Source of the DNA: Candidatus Undinarchaeota archaeon
GTDB lineage: Archaea; Undinarchaeota; Undinarchaeia; Undinarchaeales; UBA543
DNA length: 64,000 bases
Assembly (NCBI GenBank): GCA_964567575.1
Contig: CAZMMZ010000003.1
Coordinates: forward strand, 1-64,000
Reading direction: 5' to 3'
Of the stretch, positions 48,332 to 59,025 are shown in pieces. Under the pieces are notes generated by a model. That model made no database searches and was not told the origin of the DNA. It saw only the letters and a list, made by a program, of their open reading frames with translations. Position 1 is the stretch's first letter, and the number at the start of each line of letters is the position of its first letter. Position numbers and translations under genes: made by a program.

Positions 48332-48819
48332 CTATTTCTTTCGAAATTTATTTTCTTCTTCTTTAACATCGTGTTCCAGCTCAATCATATTTCTACTCAT
48401 CTTTTTTTTCATTTCAGTAATTGTAGTTTCTCCTAACCACACATTAAGTGGGTTTTCTAAATTTTTATGAATTCTATCTGTTATTTCACCTAATTCAAAA
48501 TTAATATAAAAAAGATCTCCACTTTTAATCATTGCTGCTCGTTCCAAAAGTGTTTCTAACTTTTTTCTGTAATTTATTTTCATTTGCATGATTCCTTCAT
48601 ACATTGTTTTAAGCTGTTTATTGCTATTGATTAATTCCAAATCTTGTTCAAAAATTTCACCCCGTAAAAAAGGGACACACTCGTGCAGTATTCTCCAATA
48701 AACTTTTTTTGTTTTTAAAATTGTATGTTAAAACCAGATTTTTTATTTATCTCGTTAATAATTAGTCTCAAATTCTTCTTTGTTTTCGTTAATAATTTTT
48801 CTGTTATTCTTTCAACCAT
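48332..48819 (-). pseudogene. Hypothetical gene with a single frameshift
   Basis: MVERITEK...GFNIQF joins LKTKKVYWRILHEC...ELINSNK if one T is added at 48717-48720. Confidence 0.55.
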
Positions 48820-48855
48820 TCTAAAAACATATTCATTTTAATACTTTATAACAAT

Positions 48856-50052
48856 TTATTTCTTCAAAAATTCAACTTCTTCTTTATCTAATTCCAAATT
48901 TAGATTCACTTTCTTCTTCAGCATTTGCCTGAAATAAGGCATTTGCTCTTTTGCTCGTTTCCTTGAGCAATGCAACTGTTCACCAATTTTTCCAGCAACT
49001 TGTTTGCGCATAGCTCGGCTTGCTCTTGTTCTACCCATTCGCATTAAATAAGTTGGTGGCATGTATCTAGTGAACTTGTTGTACTTCTGCTCCTTTGCTA
49101 AAGCAGTACCAAGCGCCATTAATTCAGCACTGTAACTCATGAATGTCCAAGCACCGCGCCGTGCAATCCTTCCCGTGAAAACATCTGCGCGTGAAATTGC
49201 ATCAAAAGCTTTTGCAACTTCCTCAGGTTTCTCATACTCTTTTGGAATTGTTTCAATAAGCCACAACATAATCTCATTCGGACTTTTATCACAATCCCAA
49301 ACACTTTGCATAATTGTTTTAGGATCTTTGGATTTGTAAATCGCAAACAAAGTATCGAAAATGCTCTTAACACGATCTCGTTTTCCAAGTACTTCCAAAT
49401 CCTTCATTGTAATCTTGTCAATTCCAGATAAAGTTTCAATATCATTAATTGCAGAGCGCAAATCACCTTCAGCTCTACGAGAAATTTCAGCAATCACAGT
49501 TTCGTCAATATTCATTCCTTCTTTTTCAGCAATTTCTCCTAATCGCTTTGCCATTGAACGAATATCCACTTTCCTCAAATCAATACCTCTACATTTTTTC
49601 TTGAGTGTGCGGAGTTTCTGATTCCACTTGTCAGTTGCTGTGAGAATCATTGGGAAGCAAGTCTTATCAACAATCTTGCCTAGTGTTGCCATACCACCGC
49701 GGTCTGAATTTCCATGAACACCATCAACTTCATCAACAAGAATTAGTTTGCCATTACTTGGAATCAAACTCTGCTGATTGCAAGCGCATCCAATCTTTGC
49801 TTCAATCTGATCCTTTTTCCGATAGTCAGATGCATTCATTTGAATAAGCTCATAACCAAGTTCTTCAGCTACAGCAATTGCAATTGAAGTCTTGCCACTG
49901 CCTACTGGTCCTGTGAGGAGAATAGCTTTCTCTGGCTGTTGTTTAAAATTTTGAACAAAATCAAGAATTGCTTTAACACTACCAGCTTGCCCAACAACTT
50001 CGCTTGTGTTAGCAGGACGATACTTCTCAACCCAAGGGAGTTTGTTTGTCAT
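48856..50052 (-). CDS. rfcL: Replication factor C large subunit
   Basis: LPWVEKYRP, GPVGSGKTS, MNASDYR, LVDEVDG and GDLRSAIND. Confidence 0.95.
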   Translation of the reverse strand: MTNKLPWVEKYRPANTSEVVGQAGSVKAILDFVQNFKQQPEKAILLTGPVGSGKTSIAIAVAEELGYELIQMNASDYRKKDQIEAKIGCACNQQSLIPSNGKLILVDEVDGVHGNSDRGGMATLGKIVDKTCFPMILTATDKWNQKLRTLKKKCRGIDLRKVDIRSMAKRLGEIAEKEGMNIDETVIAEISRRAEGDLRSAINDIETLSGIDKITMKDLEVLGKRDRVKSIFDTLFAIYKSKDPKTIMQSVWDCDKSPNEIMLWLIETIPKEYEKPEEVAKAFDAISRADVFTGRIARRGAWTFMSYSAELMALGTALAKEQKYNKFTRYMPPTYLMRMGRTRASRAMRKQVAGKIGEQLHCSRKRAKEQMPYFRQMLKKKVNLNLELDKEEVEFLKK

Positions 50053-51023
50053 TACTTTTCTTTTCCAATAGCATAAATCTGCGCAAGCAGTGCAACAACT
50101 TGAATGCGTGCATCTGCGCCTTCAATAATTCTGAAATTATATTCACCAATTTTGTCAAGCAAAGTCACAAGCTTCTCTTGTGGCAGTTCCATTTTCAATA
50201 CGCACTGATGCATTTGTCGAACAACATCCTCGCCACTTAAACCTTGTTTAATCATAACACCGTCAAGCTGGCTTCGAGCCTCTTCGAATTTACCATCAAA
50301 TGCTTTCTGAACGCATTCTTCAATATCTTGTGGTCGCGCTTTAGCAGCAACTTTGTAAACTGCTTCTGCATTAATTTGCTTCACAGTTGAAGCAGTTGCT
50401 TGCAAGAGATTAATTGCCTGACGCAAATCTCCGCCACTAACTTCAAGCAAAGCTTCCATACCATCATCACTAATTGCAACACTTTCTTTTTCCCCAATCA
50501 TTTGCAATCGTGCTTTAACATCTTCCTGCGCAACAGGTAAGAATCTGAAAAACGCGCACCGACTTTTAATTGGATCAATAATTTTTGAATTATAATTGCA
50601 TGCTAAAATGAAACGGCAAGTTGCAGTGTAATCTTCCATAGTTCGTCTCAATGCTTGCTGCGCTTCGCGAGTAAGGGCATCACTTTCATCAAGGTAAATT
50701 ATTTTGTAAGGAACATTTCCAATTGGTCTGGTTCTTGCAAAATCTTTTACTTTCACACGAACAACATCAATACCTCGTTCGTCACTTGCATTTAATTCCA
50801 AAAAGTTTCCGCGCCAGTTATCGCCGAATAGTTCGCGGGCTATTGCTATTGCGCATGTAGTTTTCCCAGTTCCAGCTGGACCTGCAAATAACAAATTCTG
50901 CAGAGTCTTGTTCTCTACAAAAGATTGCAGTCGGCTCACTATCTCTGTTTGACCAACTACATCGTTTAACAATTGAGGTCGATACTTTTCAGTCCAGACC
51001 TGCTCGAATAATTCTTCAGCCAT
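50052..51023 (-). CDS. rfcS: Replication factor C small subunit, no intein
   Basis: WTEKYRP, GPAGTGKTT, ELNASDERGID and IKSRC. Confidence 0.97.
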   Translation of the reverse strand: MAEELFEQVWTEKYRPQLLNDVVGQTEIVSRLQSFVENKTLQNLLFAGPAGTGKTTCAIAIARELFGDNWRGNFLELNASDERGIDVVRVKVKDFARTRPIGNVPYKIIYLDESDALTREAQQALRRTMEDYTATCRFILACNYNSKIIDPIKSRCAFFRFLPVAQEDVKARLQMIGEKESVAISDDGMEALLEVSGGDLRQAINLLQATASTVKQINAEAVYKVAAKARPQDIEECVQKAFDGKFEEARSQLDGVMIKQGLSGEDVVRQMHQCVLKMELPQEKLVTLLDKIGEYNFRIIEGADARIQVVALLAQIYAIGKEK

Positions 51024-51116
51024 TTCTCCCCAACGTGTTGTATGAGCGGGGATATTTAATGTATTCGGTTTTCGAGTTTCTTATTATTTATATACCCCTT
51101 TTGCATACGCTTCTAT

Positions 51117-53363
51117 ATGAATAAAAGCAATCAATTGGCACTTTTCTTAGCCATTTTAATTCTAATGTTTGCGACTTTGCCTACTACATTTGCAAGTGAG
51201 CAAGTCACAACTGTATATGATGCAGATTTGTCTGTTTCTGTATCTGAAATAATTCCAACTACTGTTAATCCATTTGACAGTCAGTATTTTACATTTGAAT
51301 CAATTCAAATTCGAAACTCTGGACAAGCTCCGGTTATCTGCAAAATCCCAACTGGACTTGATAATGGTGATGGGAAGATTTCAGAAGATGAATACTGGGC
51401 AACTCTTGCATATAACAAACTTGACAAAGATGGAGATTCATTCCAAGGACTTTTTAATTCATTCATACTTGATGATATTTTTGTAAATGAAGAATCACTT
51501 CTTAATGGAATTGCCTTATTGAAAGAAAAGAAGTTAATCACTGAAGAATCCGCGCTATTCTATACTCGAAAAGAATCTCGGATAACTAGTGGATTCTGCA
51601 AAATCAAAATTCTTGATTCTATGCCAGGACAAGGTTCAAAACTAATAAAAGAATTCACACTTGACAGAAATCTTGCAGCAGGAACTTCTGTTATTCTCTC
51701 AACAAAATTCAAGGACTATGTAATTGAAGGTGCAGGAATGCATAGTATACAAGTTATTGCAGATTATGATAACTTGCTTCTTGAAAAAAACAAGGATAAC
51801 AATGTTGCAGATCTTCAAATATATGTAAATGCATTCCAACCGGATTTATTCTTTATGGGGTCAAATAAGATTTATAACCGTGGTCCCGCGCCTATGCTTT
51901 GCAACCGGTTCAAAATAAACAAAGGTGTGTTTGCTCCATCAAAGAAAGCATTTGGTGAAACTCCAAGAACGCGCGTACTTTCATACATGCTTCTTTCTGA
52001 AACAATTGCATATGCAGAAGCAAATGGGCACACGTGGTTCTCTGGCGAAGATATGAGAACGGTGTTTGATTCCTCTGCTATTTTCGAAACTTATTATGAT
52101 GATTATCCAAACACAGAAAAATACAAAAACCGCATTTTCGCTTTGTTGTCTGAAAATCTTTTGGATCATGAAAATGTTCATCCTGTTTTGAAACAACTTG
52201 GGGGTTCATTCTGGATTGCTGATAATGTTTTAATAAGAAATTACTGCTGGTTTGGCGATGCTGATACAGAAGAAGATGTTTGCAAAGATCCTATTGCTTT
52301 AGATCAAGCTATTGTTAATCCAGGAAGCTTTGTTCCAATTGGTGGAGTAACTGCTGGTTTCAGTAATGTAAATTGTTTTGCTCTTGAAGATTCCAATCAA
52401 GATAATAATCTTTACTCTGAAGGATTTGAAAATCAATTCATTGAGAATCCATCTTCACTTGAAACCAAAGTCAGTATAAATTTAGAATTGGATAACAAAT
52501 ATTGTGATGGGATTGTTAATGTTTACACTTCAACAACCGGAACCGAGTGGGGACTTGTTAATGCGATTCCAACCTGCCCAACTCGACAATGTAATAATAT
52601 TGACACCGAACTTACAATTTCAAATCTCTTTAGCTACATTAAATTAGAGAGTAAGACCTGCACTCTTAAAGATTCTTCAATTACAATATTGGATTCAAAT
52701 TACGGAGATCCATTCACTCGCGTGTCAGAATATTGTGGTAATAGTTATGGGTGGTCAGTACCACTTAAAGCAGATGATGAAGTAATCCCAATTGACAAAT
52801 GCTCTCCAAAAATTGTTTCACATATTCATTATTTCGGTGGCGGTTCTGAAGGAGTAAATACTGAAAAAGATGCAGTTGTTTATTTAAACACCCCAATTCC
52901 TTCAACTTCAAATGTTGAAATTTTAGTTGACGAGGTTTATGATATTCTTGTGGGTGAACCAACAGACTTTTTATTCCAGTTGAAAAATAAAGGAGTTAAA
53001 CCAATTGATGAGCTTGATGTTGAGCTAGAATTTCCAAACGACGCTTGTTTAGATAGCACAACACAAAAAGCCACGATTTTCAATCCTAATAGTCGAAAAG
53101 ATGTTATCTTTACTTTCGATCTTCCAACAATCACTTTTGTTAATAGTTATCCACTCACCATAAATGTGAAACGCGCTGGTTATACTATTGCCAGCAAAGA
53201 AGTCGAAGTTCGTATTGTGAAAGATGATTATTTACTACTCTATACTATCTATGGATTAATTGGCGTTGCTGCTATTGGTCTTATAGTCATTGTATTGAAA
53301 TTTACTGGTATTCATGAGAAAATATTTAAAAAGAAACATAGACGAAAACGTCGGAAGAAGTAA
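51117..53363 (+). CDS. Large secreted surface protein with CARDB/Ig-like segments and C-terminal TM anchor
   Basis: Signal peptide, IQVIADYDNLLLEKNKDNN CARDB-like end, TM helix plus HRRKRRKK. Confidence 0.75.
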   Translation: MNKSNQLALFLAILILMFATLPTTFASEQVTTVYDADLSVSVSEIIPTTVNPFDSQYFTFESIQIRNSGQAPVICKIPTGLDNGDGKISEDEYWATLAYNKLDKDGDSFQGLFNSFILDDIFVNEESLLNGIALLKEKKLITEESALFYTRKESRITSGFCKIKILDSMPGQGSKLIKEFTLDRNLAAGTSVILSTKFKDYVIEGAGMHSIQVIADYDNLLLEKNKDNNVADLQIYVNAFQPDLFFMGSNKIYNRGPAPMLCNRFKINKGVFAPSKKAFGETPRTRVLSYMLLSETIAYAEANGHTWFSGEDMRTVFDSSAIFETYYDDYPNTEKYKNRIFALLSENLLDHENVHPVLKQLGGSFWIADNVLIRNYCWFGDADTEEDVCKDPIALDQAIVNPGSFVPIGGVTAGFSNVNCFALEDSNQDNNLYSEGFENQFIENPSSLETKVSINLELDNKYCDGIVNVYTSTTGTEWGLVNAIPTCPTRQCNNIDTELTISNLFSYIKLESKTCTLKDSSITILDSNYGDPFTRVSEYCGNSYGWSVPLKADDEVIPIDKCSPKIVSHIHYFGGGSEGVNTEKDAVVYLNTPIPSTSNVEILVDEVYDILVGEPTDFLFQLKNKGVKPIDELDVELEFPNDACLDSTTQKATIFNPNSRKDVIFTFDLPTITFVNSYPLTINVKRAGYTIASKEVEVRIVKDDYLLLYTIYGLIGVAAIGLIVIVLKFTGIHEKIFKKKHRRKRRKK

Positions 53364-53366
53364 AAG

Positions 53367-54056
53367 ATGGAAAAGAAATATCCACAACACTTTGCAATTA
53401 TCCCTGATGGATGTCGTAGATGGGCAAAGGAACGTAATCAAATGCCATGGGAAGGGCACAAGAAAGGTGTTGAAGTTATAGAAGAATTACTCCAATGGTT
53501 TGTTGATACTTATCCAACCAAATATATTACTGGTTACGGACTTTCTATTGAAAATTTCAACAGAGCAAAGAATCAGCTTGATGCATTGGCAATGCTTTAT
53601 TCCAAACACTTTATGCGAATTGCCAATGATGAACGCACACACAAAAATGAAGTTCGTGTGCAAGTGTTAGGTAGGGTTGATCTTCTTCCAAAAAAAGTTC
53701 AGAAAGCAATAAAGAGTGCAGAAGAAGCAACAAAAGATTACGATAAACATATTTTTAATATTGCATTGGCTTATTCCGGCAGATCAGAAATTGTTGATGC
53801 TGTGAAAAAACTAAATGAAGCTGGTTCTGAAATTTCTGAGGAAAACATTTCAAAAAATCTTTATCAACCAGATGTTCCAGAGCCTGATATGATATTCCGA
53901 AGTTCTGGAGAGCAACGAGTAAGCAACTTCCTGCTTTGGCAGGGCGCTTATTCAGAATTGTTTTTTGTGGACAAGTATTGGCCTGATGTAACAAAAGAAG
54001 ATATTGCAAAAGCAATGGATGAATTTGATTCAAGGCAGAGACGATACGGAACTTAG
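53367..54056 (+). CDS. uppS: cis-prenyltransferase (undecaprenyl diphosphate synthase family)
   Basis: HFAIIPDGCRRWA, LSIENFNR and FRSSGEQRVSNFLLWQ. Confidence 0.95.
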   Translation: MEKKYPQHFAIIPDGCRRWAKERNQMPWEGHKKGVEVIEELLQWFVDTYPTKYITGYGLSIENFNRAKNQLDALAMLYSKHFMRIANDERTHKNEVRVQVLGRVDLLPKKVQKAIKSAEEATKDYDKHIFNIALAYSGRSEIVDAVKKLNEAGSEISEENISKNLYQPDVPEPDMIFRSSGEQRVSNFLLWQGAYSELFFVDKYWPDVTKEDIAKAMDEFDSRQRRYGT

Positions 54057-55102
54057 AACAAGTATTTCAAATAAGATGTGTATTTCCAAAGCATTGGATT
54101 TTTTACAAAAGCTTTCAATAATTTTGTTGGGTGATCCATATCCCCGTGTTCAGCAAAAACTTTTTTGATTTCTTCTTTATTTAACAAATCCCACAGATTA
54201 TTCATTTCATTATCGCTCATCTTTTTTATTCTGTTTCGTATTCTTCTTCCCAAACTAAAGTCCCAAAAGAATTCTTTTTGCCAATTTTTTTCATAACTTT
54301 CCAAATTATTTTTCTTAATTGAATTTGCTAAAATTTTAGCAGATTTAAAACCAAAATAAACACCACCGCCTGTTGTTGCTTTTACCTGTCCAGCAGCATC
54401 TCCAACAACAGCAATGTTCCCATTTGTAAATTCAGGTCTTACTGATATAGGAATAACTCCTGCATTTGTTGAAAGAATTTCTGGCTCCTCAAATTTATTT
54501 TTCAAAAAATTATCAAGATACTCTTTTACATTAGTATTTGTTGCAGCTCCAACCCGAAGCCGATCCCCTGCTGGAACAATCCATGCGAAAAATCCTGGAG
54601 CAAAGTTGTCTCCGAAATACATTTCAATAAAATCCCTTCCATAATCTTCAATTGGGATTTCATATTGTAATCCAACGAGTTTCTCTTTAATAGGCTTTAA
54701 ACCAGAAAGCCGCGCCACAATTGAATTGGGTCCATCAGCTCCTATAATATATTTACTTTCAAAATTTAAATCTGAAACATGTTTTGTTTGAATATTAATT
54801 CCTTCTGCTAATTTTTTATCAAACTTTTCGCGGTCAATAACATATGCTTGATCTTGATCTCGTGCAAGTTCAAATTTTTTCCCAGAAGGTGAATAAATTC
54901 GCGCGCCTTTAACTTTGTTTAAAATACATTCTTGTGGGATTTCATAAACAGAATCAATATTTTTGCTAATTAATCCAGTGCATTGCACAGGTTTTCCGAT
55001 TTTTTTGTGCTCTTCGTAAACAGTTACATCTAAGTCCTTCAATTGCTGCGCTAAGAATAATCCAACTGGTCCAGCGCCAACAATCGTGCAATCTCCTCCC
55101 AT
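54053..55102 (-). CDS. Geranylgeranyl reductase family FAD oxidoreductase
   Basis: IVGAGPVG, VQCTGLIS, IIGADGPNS, FFAWIVP and VGDAAGQVKATTGGG. Confidence 0.9.
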   Translation of the reverse strand: MGGDCTIVGAGPVGLFLAQQLKDLDVTVYEEHKKIGKPVQCTGLISKNIDSVYEIPQECILNKVKGARIYSPSGKKFELARDQDQAYVIDREKFDKKLAEGINIQTKHVSDLNFESKYIIGADGPNSIVARLSGLKPIKEKLVGLQYEIPIEDYGRDFIEMYFGDNFAPGFFAWIVPAGDRLRVGAATNTNVKEYLDNFLKNKFEEPEILSTNAGVIPISVRPEFTNGNIAVVGDAAGQVKATTGGGVYFGFKSAKILANSIKKNNLESYEKNWQKEFFWDFSLGRRIRNRIKKMSDNEMNNLWDLLNKEEIKKVFAEHGDMDHPTKLLKAFVKNPMLWKYTSYLKYLF

Positions 55103-55136
55103 AAAGCTTAAATCCCTTAACACCCATTTATATCTT

Positions 55137-55454
55137 ATGATAGACGAACTTGACAGCCTTCTTGCTAAGTCAAAGAAAGTAAAGAAAGATCCGTTTGAGG
55201 GTCACCGCGATTTTAGAAAAGAACTTCTTGAAGTCATTGATGAATTGGAAAAGGAGCAGAACTTATCTTTCAAAAAAGAAGAAGTGTTTGAGCGTACAGA
55301 TTCTAGAAAAATACCAAGAGAAGAAGCTGAAGTTGAATTTGATGATTTAATTGCAAGTGGGATAATTCGGGAATTAAAAGGCGGGGATGGGATTTATCAG
55401 CGAGCAAATCGCGGAGATTATTCACCTGCGTTTGAAGATATGCCTGATTGGTGA
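55137..55454 (+). CDS. Small winged-helix-like protein
   Basis: EEAEVEFDDLIASGIIRELKGGDGIYQR resembles MCM/RPA C-terminal WH domains. Confidence 0.5.
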   Translation: MIDELDSLLAKSKKVKKDPFEGHRDFRKELLEVIDELEKEQNLSFKKEEVFERTDSRKIPREEAEVEFDDLIASGIIRELKGGDGIYQRANRGDYSPAFEDMPDW

Positions 55455-56639
55455 TTATCCAGAAACAAGATATGTGCTAGTTGCTTTTTTGATTTTAACA
55501 TTTACCTTCTCACCTAGTTTATGTGTTCCTTTTACAACAATTGGTTTGTAAGCGAAATTCCTTCCAATAAAATCATTTTCTTTTCCGTGTTCATCAATCA
55601 AAACTTCTCCTTCCCAATTAATCCAATCATTGTTTCGTGCTTGTCCAATTTCTTTTACTAATTTAGTTGCTTCGCGACTTCGTTCTTTCTTTGTAATTTC
55701 TTCATGCTGTTTCAATTCAGCAGCTGAAGTTCCAGGTCGTGCACCGTAGCGTGAAATATTTACAATATCTGGTTTAGTTTCTTCAAGCACTTTAAGAGTG
55801 TCTTTGAATTCCTGATTCGTTTCACCAGGGAATCCAACAATAATGTCAGTTGAAATTGTGATTTGAGGAATTTCGCGTTTTACATAATCAATTATTTTTT
55901 TATAATCTTCAACAGTGTAAAACCGATTCATTTCTTTGAGAATTTTGTTATTTCCAGATTGAATTGGAAGATGTAAGAACTTGAACATTTTTTCGTGCTG
56001 CAAAGCTTTGGAAAGAGCAGGTAACATTTTCATAGCGTGGTTTGGATTCATCATCCCAACACGCACTTTAAAATCACCATCAAGCGTGCATACTTTCTCA
56101 AGCAAATTTGGGAGTGAATTTCCAATATCTATTCCATATGCTCCAGTGTCTTGTGCAGTTATCCAAATTTCTTTACACTCATCTTTAATTGCAGTTTCAA
56201 TTGCATTCAAAATCTTTTCAACAGAATAACTTTTGAGTTTGCCGCGAGCAAACCTAACAATACAATAAGTGCATGAACCCAAACATCCTGAAGAAATTGG
56301 AATAATTCCTACAAGTTTATTTACGCGAATGTGTGGACCTTCAAGAACTTCTTCATGCTTAACCCCCCAAATCTCTGCATTCGGAGCAACTTCTTTTATT
56401 TTATCTCGTTCTGCTTCAGGCATACAACCTGCAACAATTAATTTCTTATTTGAATATTTTTTCAGTGCTTTCAAAATTTTATTTTCAGTTGGGGTTTTGA
56501 CAATGCACGTATTTACAACAACAATGTCTGCATCATCTGGAGTTGAAACTTGTTCATGCTCTTCAGCCAAAGCACCAGCTATAGCTTCTGAATCTGCTTG
56601 ATTCCGAGAACATCCATACGTTTCAATATAAAATTTCAT
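55455..56639 (-). CDS. mtaB: tRNA t6A37 methylthiotransferase (MiaB/MtaB-like)
   Basis: ETYGCSRN, NTCIVK, AGCMP, CLGSCTYC radical SAM motif and TRAM domain. Confidence 0.92.
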   Translation of the reverse strand: MKFYIETYGCSRNQADSEAIAGALAEEHEQVSTPDDADIVVVNTCIVKTPTENKILKALKKYSNKKLIVAGCMPEAERDKIKEVAPNAEIWGVKHEEVLEGPHIRVNKLVGIIPISSGCLGSCTYCIVRFARGKLKSYSVEKILNAIETAIKDECKEIWITAQDTGAYGIDIGNSLPNLLEKVCTLDGDFKVRVGMMNPNHAMKMLPALSKALQHEKMFKFLHLPIQSGNNKILKEMNRFYTVEDYKKIIDYVKREIPQITISTDIIVGFPGETNQEFKDTLKVLEETKPDIVNISRYGARPGTSAAELKQHEEITKKERSREATKLVKEIGQARNNDWINWEGEVLIDEHGKENDFIGRNFAYKPIVVKGTHKLGEKVNVKIKKATSTYLVSG

Positions 56640-56697
56640 TTCCTTAACTCACTTGGGTTAATGAACTTTTATAACACTTTCTAAGCGCAGTTTATTT

Positions 56698-58404
56698 ATG
56701 TTCTTTAAAAAATCTACTCCAAAAGAATCATTTCTGGATTCAAATTTTTCCAGTATAATAAAACCAGACATACTGTTTTTTAAACCAGATCATTCTTTCT
56801 TGCAAGGCCAGTTCAATCGGGTTTTAATGGCAGTTGGATACCCGCGCGAAGTGCAGGAAGGTTTTATGGATCGATTGATAAGGAGCAAGGATGAATTTGA
56901 TCTTTCTATTCATATCTTCCCTTCATCAATTGAAGTGATGCTAATTAATTTGAATCGTTTGCTAAAGAAACTGAATGCAGATAAGTATGCATCTGAAAAA
57001 CGCGGAGTTATGACTCCTTCACTTGATCTTTTAATTAGTGATACGCGAAAAGTTCTTGAAGAAATTCAATCTGGAAAAGAAAAACTTTTCAAAACAAGTT
57101 TTTATGTGAATGTAACTGCATTTGAAAAAAAGGAACTTGATGCTTCAACAAGAAAAGCTGAAGCAATTCTAAATTCTCTTAGTATAGTTCCGAAAAAAGC
57201 AACTTTCAAAATGCGCGAAGGATTGCAAAGTATTCTTCCAATTGCGCGCGATAAATTGAAACAACAAAGGACTTTAACAACATCAGCGCTGAGTGCCTGT
57301 TTCCCCTTCACTTCGTCGTTTCTTGAATCTGATAATACTGGAGTGATGATTGCAACTAACAAAACAACAGGGATTCCAATAATTCGAGATGTATTCAAAC
57401 AAACAAATCCTAATTCACTTATTTTAGGAACTTCTGGCTCTGGAAAAAGTTTTTGTTGCAAATTAATTTTCTTGCGATCTTTCCTTGCAGGCACAAAAGT
57501 TTTTGTTGTAGATCCTCAAGCCGAATATCTTGATCTAACACGCGTATTGAATGGACAAGTTATTGAAATTTCAAAAGAATCAGATTCAATAATAAATCCT
57601 CTTGATTTAATGGGACAAACTCAAGATGATAAGCGTCTTTCTCTTTTGTCAGCGTATCGCATAATGTTTCCAAATATCGACAACCAGAGCTTAGCAATAC
57701 TTGACAAAGCAACATCTCTTGCATATCAAAACACAAAAACTCCTATTCTCAAAGATTTGTTACGATTTATTAAAAAAGAAAAATCTGAGCGCGCTCGAGA
57801 TTTGGAATTACAATTAGAGCAATATGTTTCTGGTGCATTTTCTTTTCTTAATCAAAAAACAAATTTGAATTTTGATAATGAATTCATTTGTTTTGATATT
57901 CAGAAAATGCCAACTGCTGTAAAACCTTTAATGTCGTATTTGATTTTAGAATATCTCTATAACACAATGCAAAAAGATCGTTCGAGAAAAATGCTTGTAA
58001 TTGATGAAGCGTGGTCTCTTCTAAGTCATGCAAATTCTTCTGATTATCTTTTCAAAATTGTAAAGACTTGCAGGAAATTCAATCTCTCGCTTTTTCTAAT
58101 AACACAAGAAGCAAATGATGTTCTTAATAATGATGCAGGAAAATCAATTCTTGCAAATACAAGCTGTAAATATTTGCTAAAGCAAGATGCAAGTGTTATT
58201 GATCAGCTTGTGAAATTGCTTGGCTTAACCAACAAGGAGCGTAACATTCTTTTGCAAAGTTCTGTTGGGGAAGGGATATTGATAATTGATAGTGAACGTT
58301 TTCCTGTTAAAATTCTTGCATCTCCAGCAGAAGCTGGGTTAATTACAACTAATGCTGATGAACTTCACAAGCGTGAGAAGGAGAAAAAATGTACGACAGA
58401 ATAG
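56698..58404 (+). CDS. VirB4/TraC-family conjugative-type ATPase
   Basis: YPREV, FPFTSS, GTSGSGKS Walker A, VDPQAEY, INPLD and VIDEAW...RKFNLS...ITQ. Confidence 0.85.
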   Translation: MFFKKSTPKESFLDSNFSSIIKPDILFFKPDHSFLQGQFNRVLMAVGYPREVQEGFMDRLIRSKDEFDLSIHIFPSSIEVMLINLNRLLKKLNADKYASEKRGVMTPSLDLLISDTRKVLEEIQSGKEKLFKTSFYVNVTAFEKKELDASTRKAEAILNSLSIVPKKATFKMREGLQSILPIARDKLKQQRTLTTSALSACFPFTSSFLESDNTGVMIATNKTTGIPIIRDVFKQTNPNSLILGTSGSGKSFCCKLIFLRSFLAGTKVFVVDPQAEYLDLTRVLNGQVIEISKESDSIINPLDLMGQTQDDKRLSLLSAYRIMFPNIDNQSLAILDKATSLAYQNTKTPILKDLLRFIKKEKSERARDLELQLEQYVSGAFSFLNQKTNLNFDNEFICFDIQKMPTAVKPLMSYLILEYLYNTMQKDRSRKMLVIDEAWSLLSHANSSDYLFKIVKTCRKFNLSLFLITQEANDVLNNDAGKSILANTSCKYLLKQDASVIDQLVKLLGLTNKERNILLQSSVGEGILIIDSERFPVKILASPAEAGLITTNADELHKREKEKKCTTE

Positions 58405-58685
58405 ATTTAAGCTCTGCAAAAGCTGTAGCAAGAAATTTCTCAATGGAATTTCCTACAATAAAAGAAATGCGGTTTAGATTAATGCAAAAAGTAAGTAATG
58501 TTTTGCAAAAAGAACAAGGGTTTTTCTTTTTTGATCAAATCTACGATATTTTTGAAATAGTTTATTGCAATCTTCCAAAGAATATAGTATCTGAACTTGA
58601 AGAATGGGTTGAAAAAGATGAGAATATAAAATTCATTGAAAAACAAGATGGTTTTTACAAATATGCAGTTATTCCAACAATCTAA
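58389..58685 (+). CDS. Hypothetical protein coupled to the VirB4-like gene
   Basis: 98 aa; start overlaps the VirB4 end. Confidence 0.55.
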   Translation: MYDRIDLSSAKAVARNFSMEFPTIKEMRFRLMQKVSNVLQKEQGFFFFDQIYDIFEIVYCNLPKNIVSELEEWVEKDENIKFIEKQDGFYKYAVIPTI

Positions 58686-58687
58686 AC

Positions 58688-59020
58688 TTATTCTTTTTTC
58701 TTTTCTTCAGGTTTAGGTTCTTCTGGCTTTGCTTCTTCAGTAGGTTTTTCTTCTGGTTTCTTTTCTTCTGCTTTTGGTTCTTCTGGTGGTTTTTTTTCTT
58801 GTTTAGGAGCTTCTTGTTTTTCTGGTTCTCCTGTTTTTTCTGTGTAACCACATCCGCCACATGAAATCCTATCTTTGTGAACTGCTAGGAAAACTGCAGG
58901 TCCACATTTTGGGCATGTTCTATTTTTTCGCTCAACTGCCTCGCCTTTAATATTATAATAATTAAATTTGCCTTTGTAATTTCTTTTCTTTCCTGTTTGT
59001 TTTTTTGGTGCTTCAGCCAT
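58688..59020 (-). CDS. rps27ae: Ribosomal protein eS31 (S27ae) with E/K/P tail
   Basis: [25 protein letters not shown]. Confidence 0.95.
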   Translation of the reverse strand: MAEAPKKQTGKKRNYKGKFNYYNIKGEAVERKNRTCPKCGPAVFLAVHKDRISCGGCGYTEKTGEPEKQEAPKQEKKPPEEPKAEEKKPEEKPTEEAKPEEPKPEEKKKE

Positions 59021-59025
59021 TTAAA

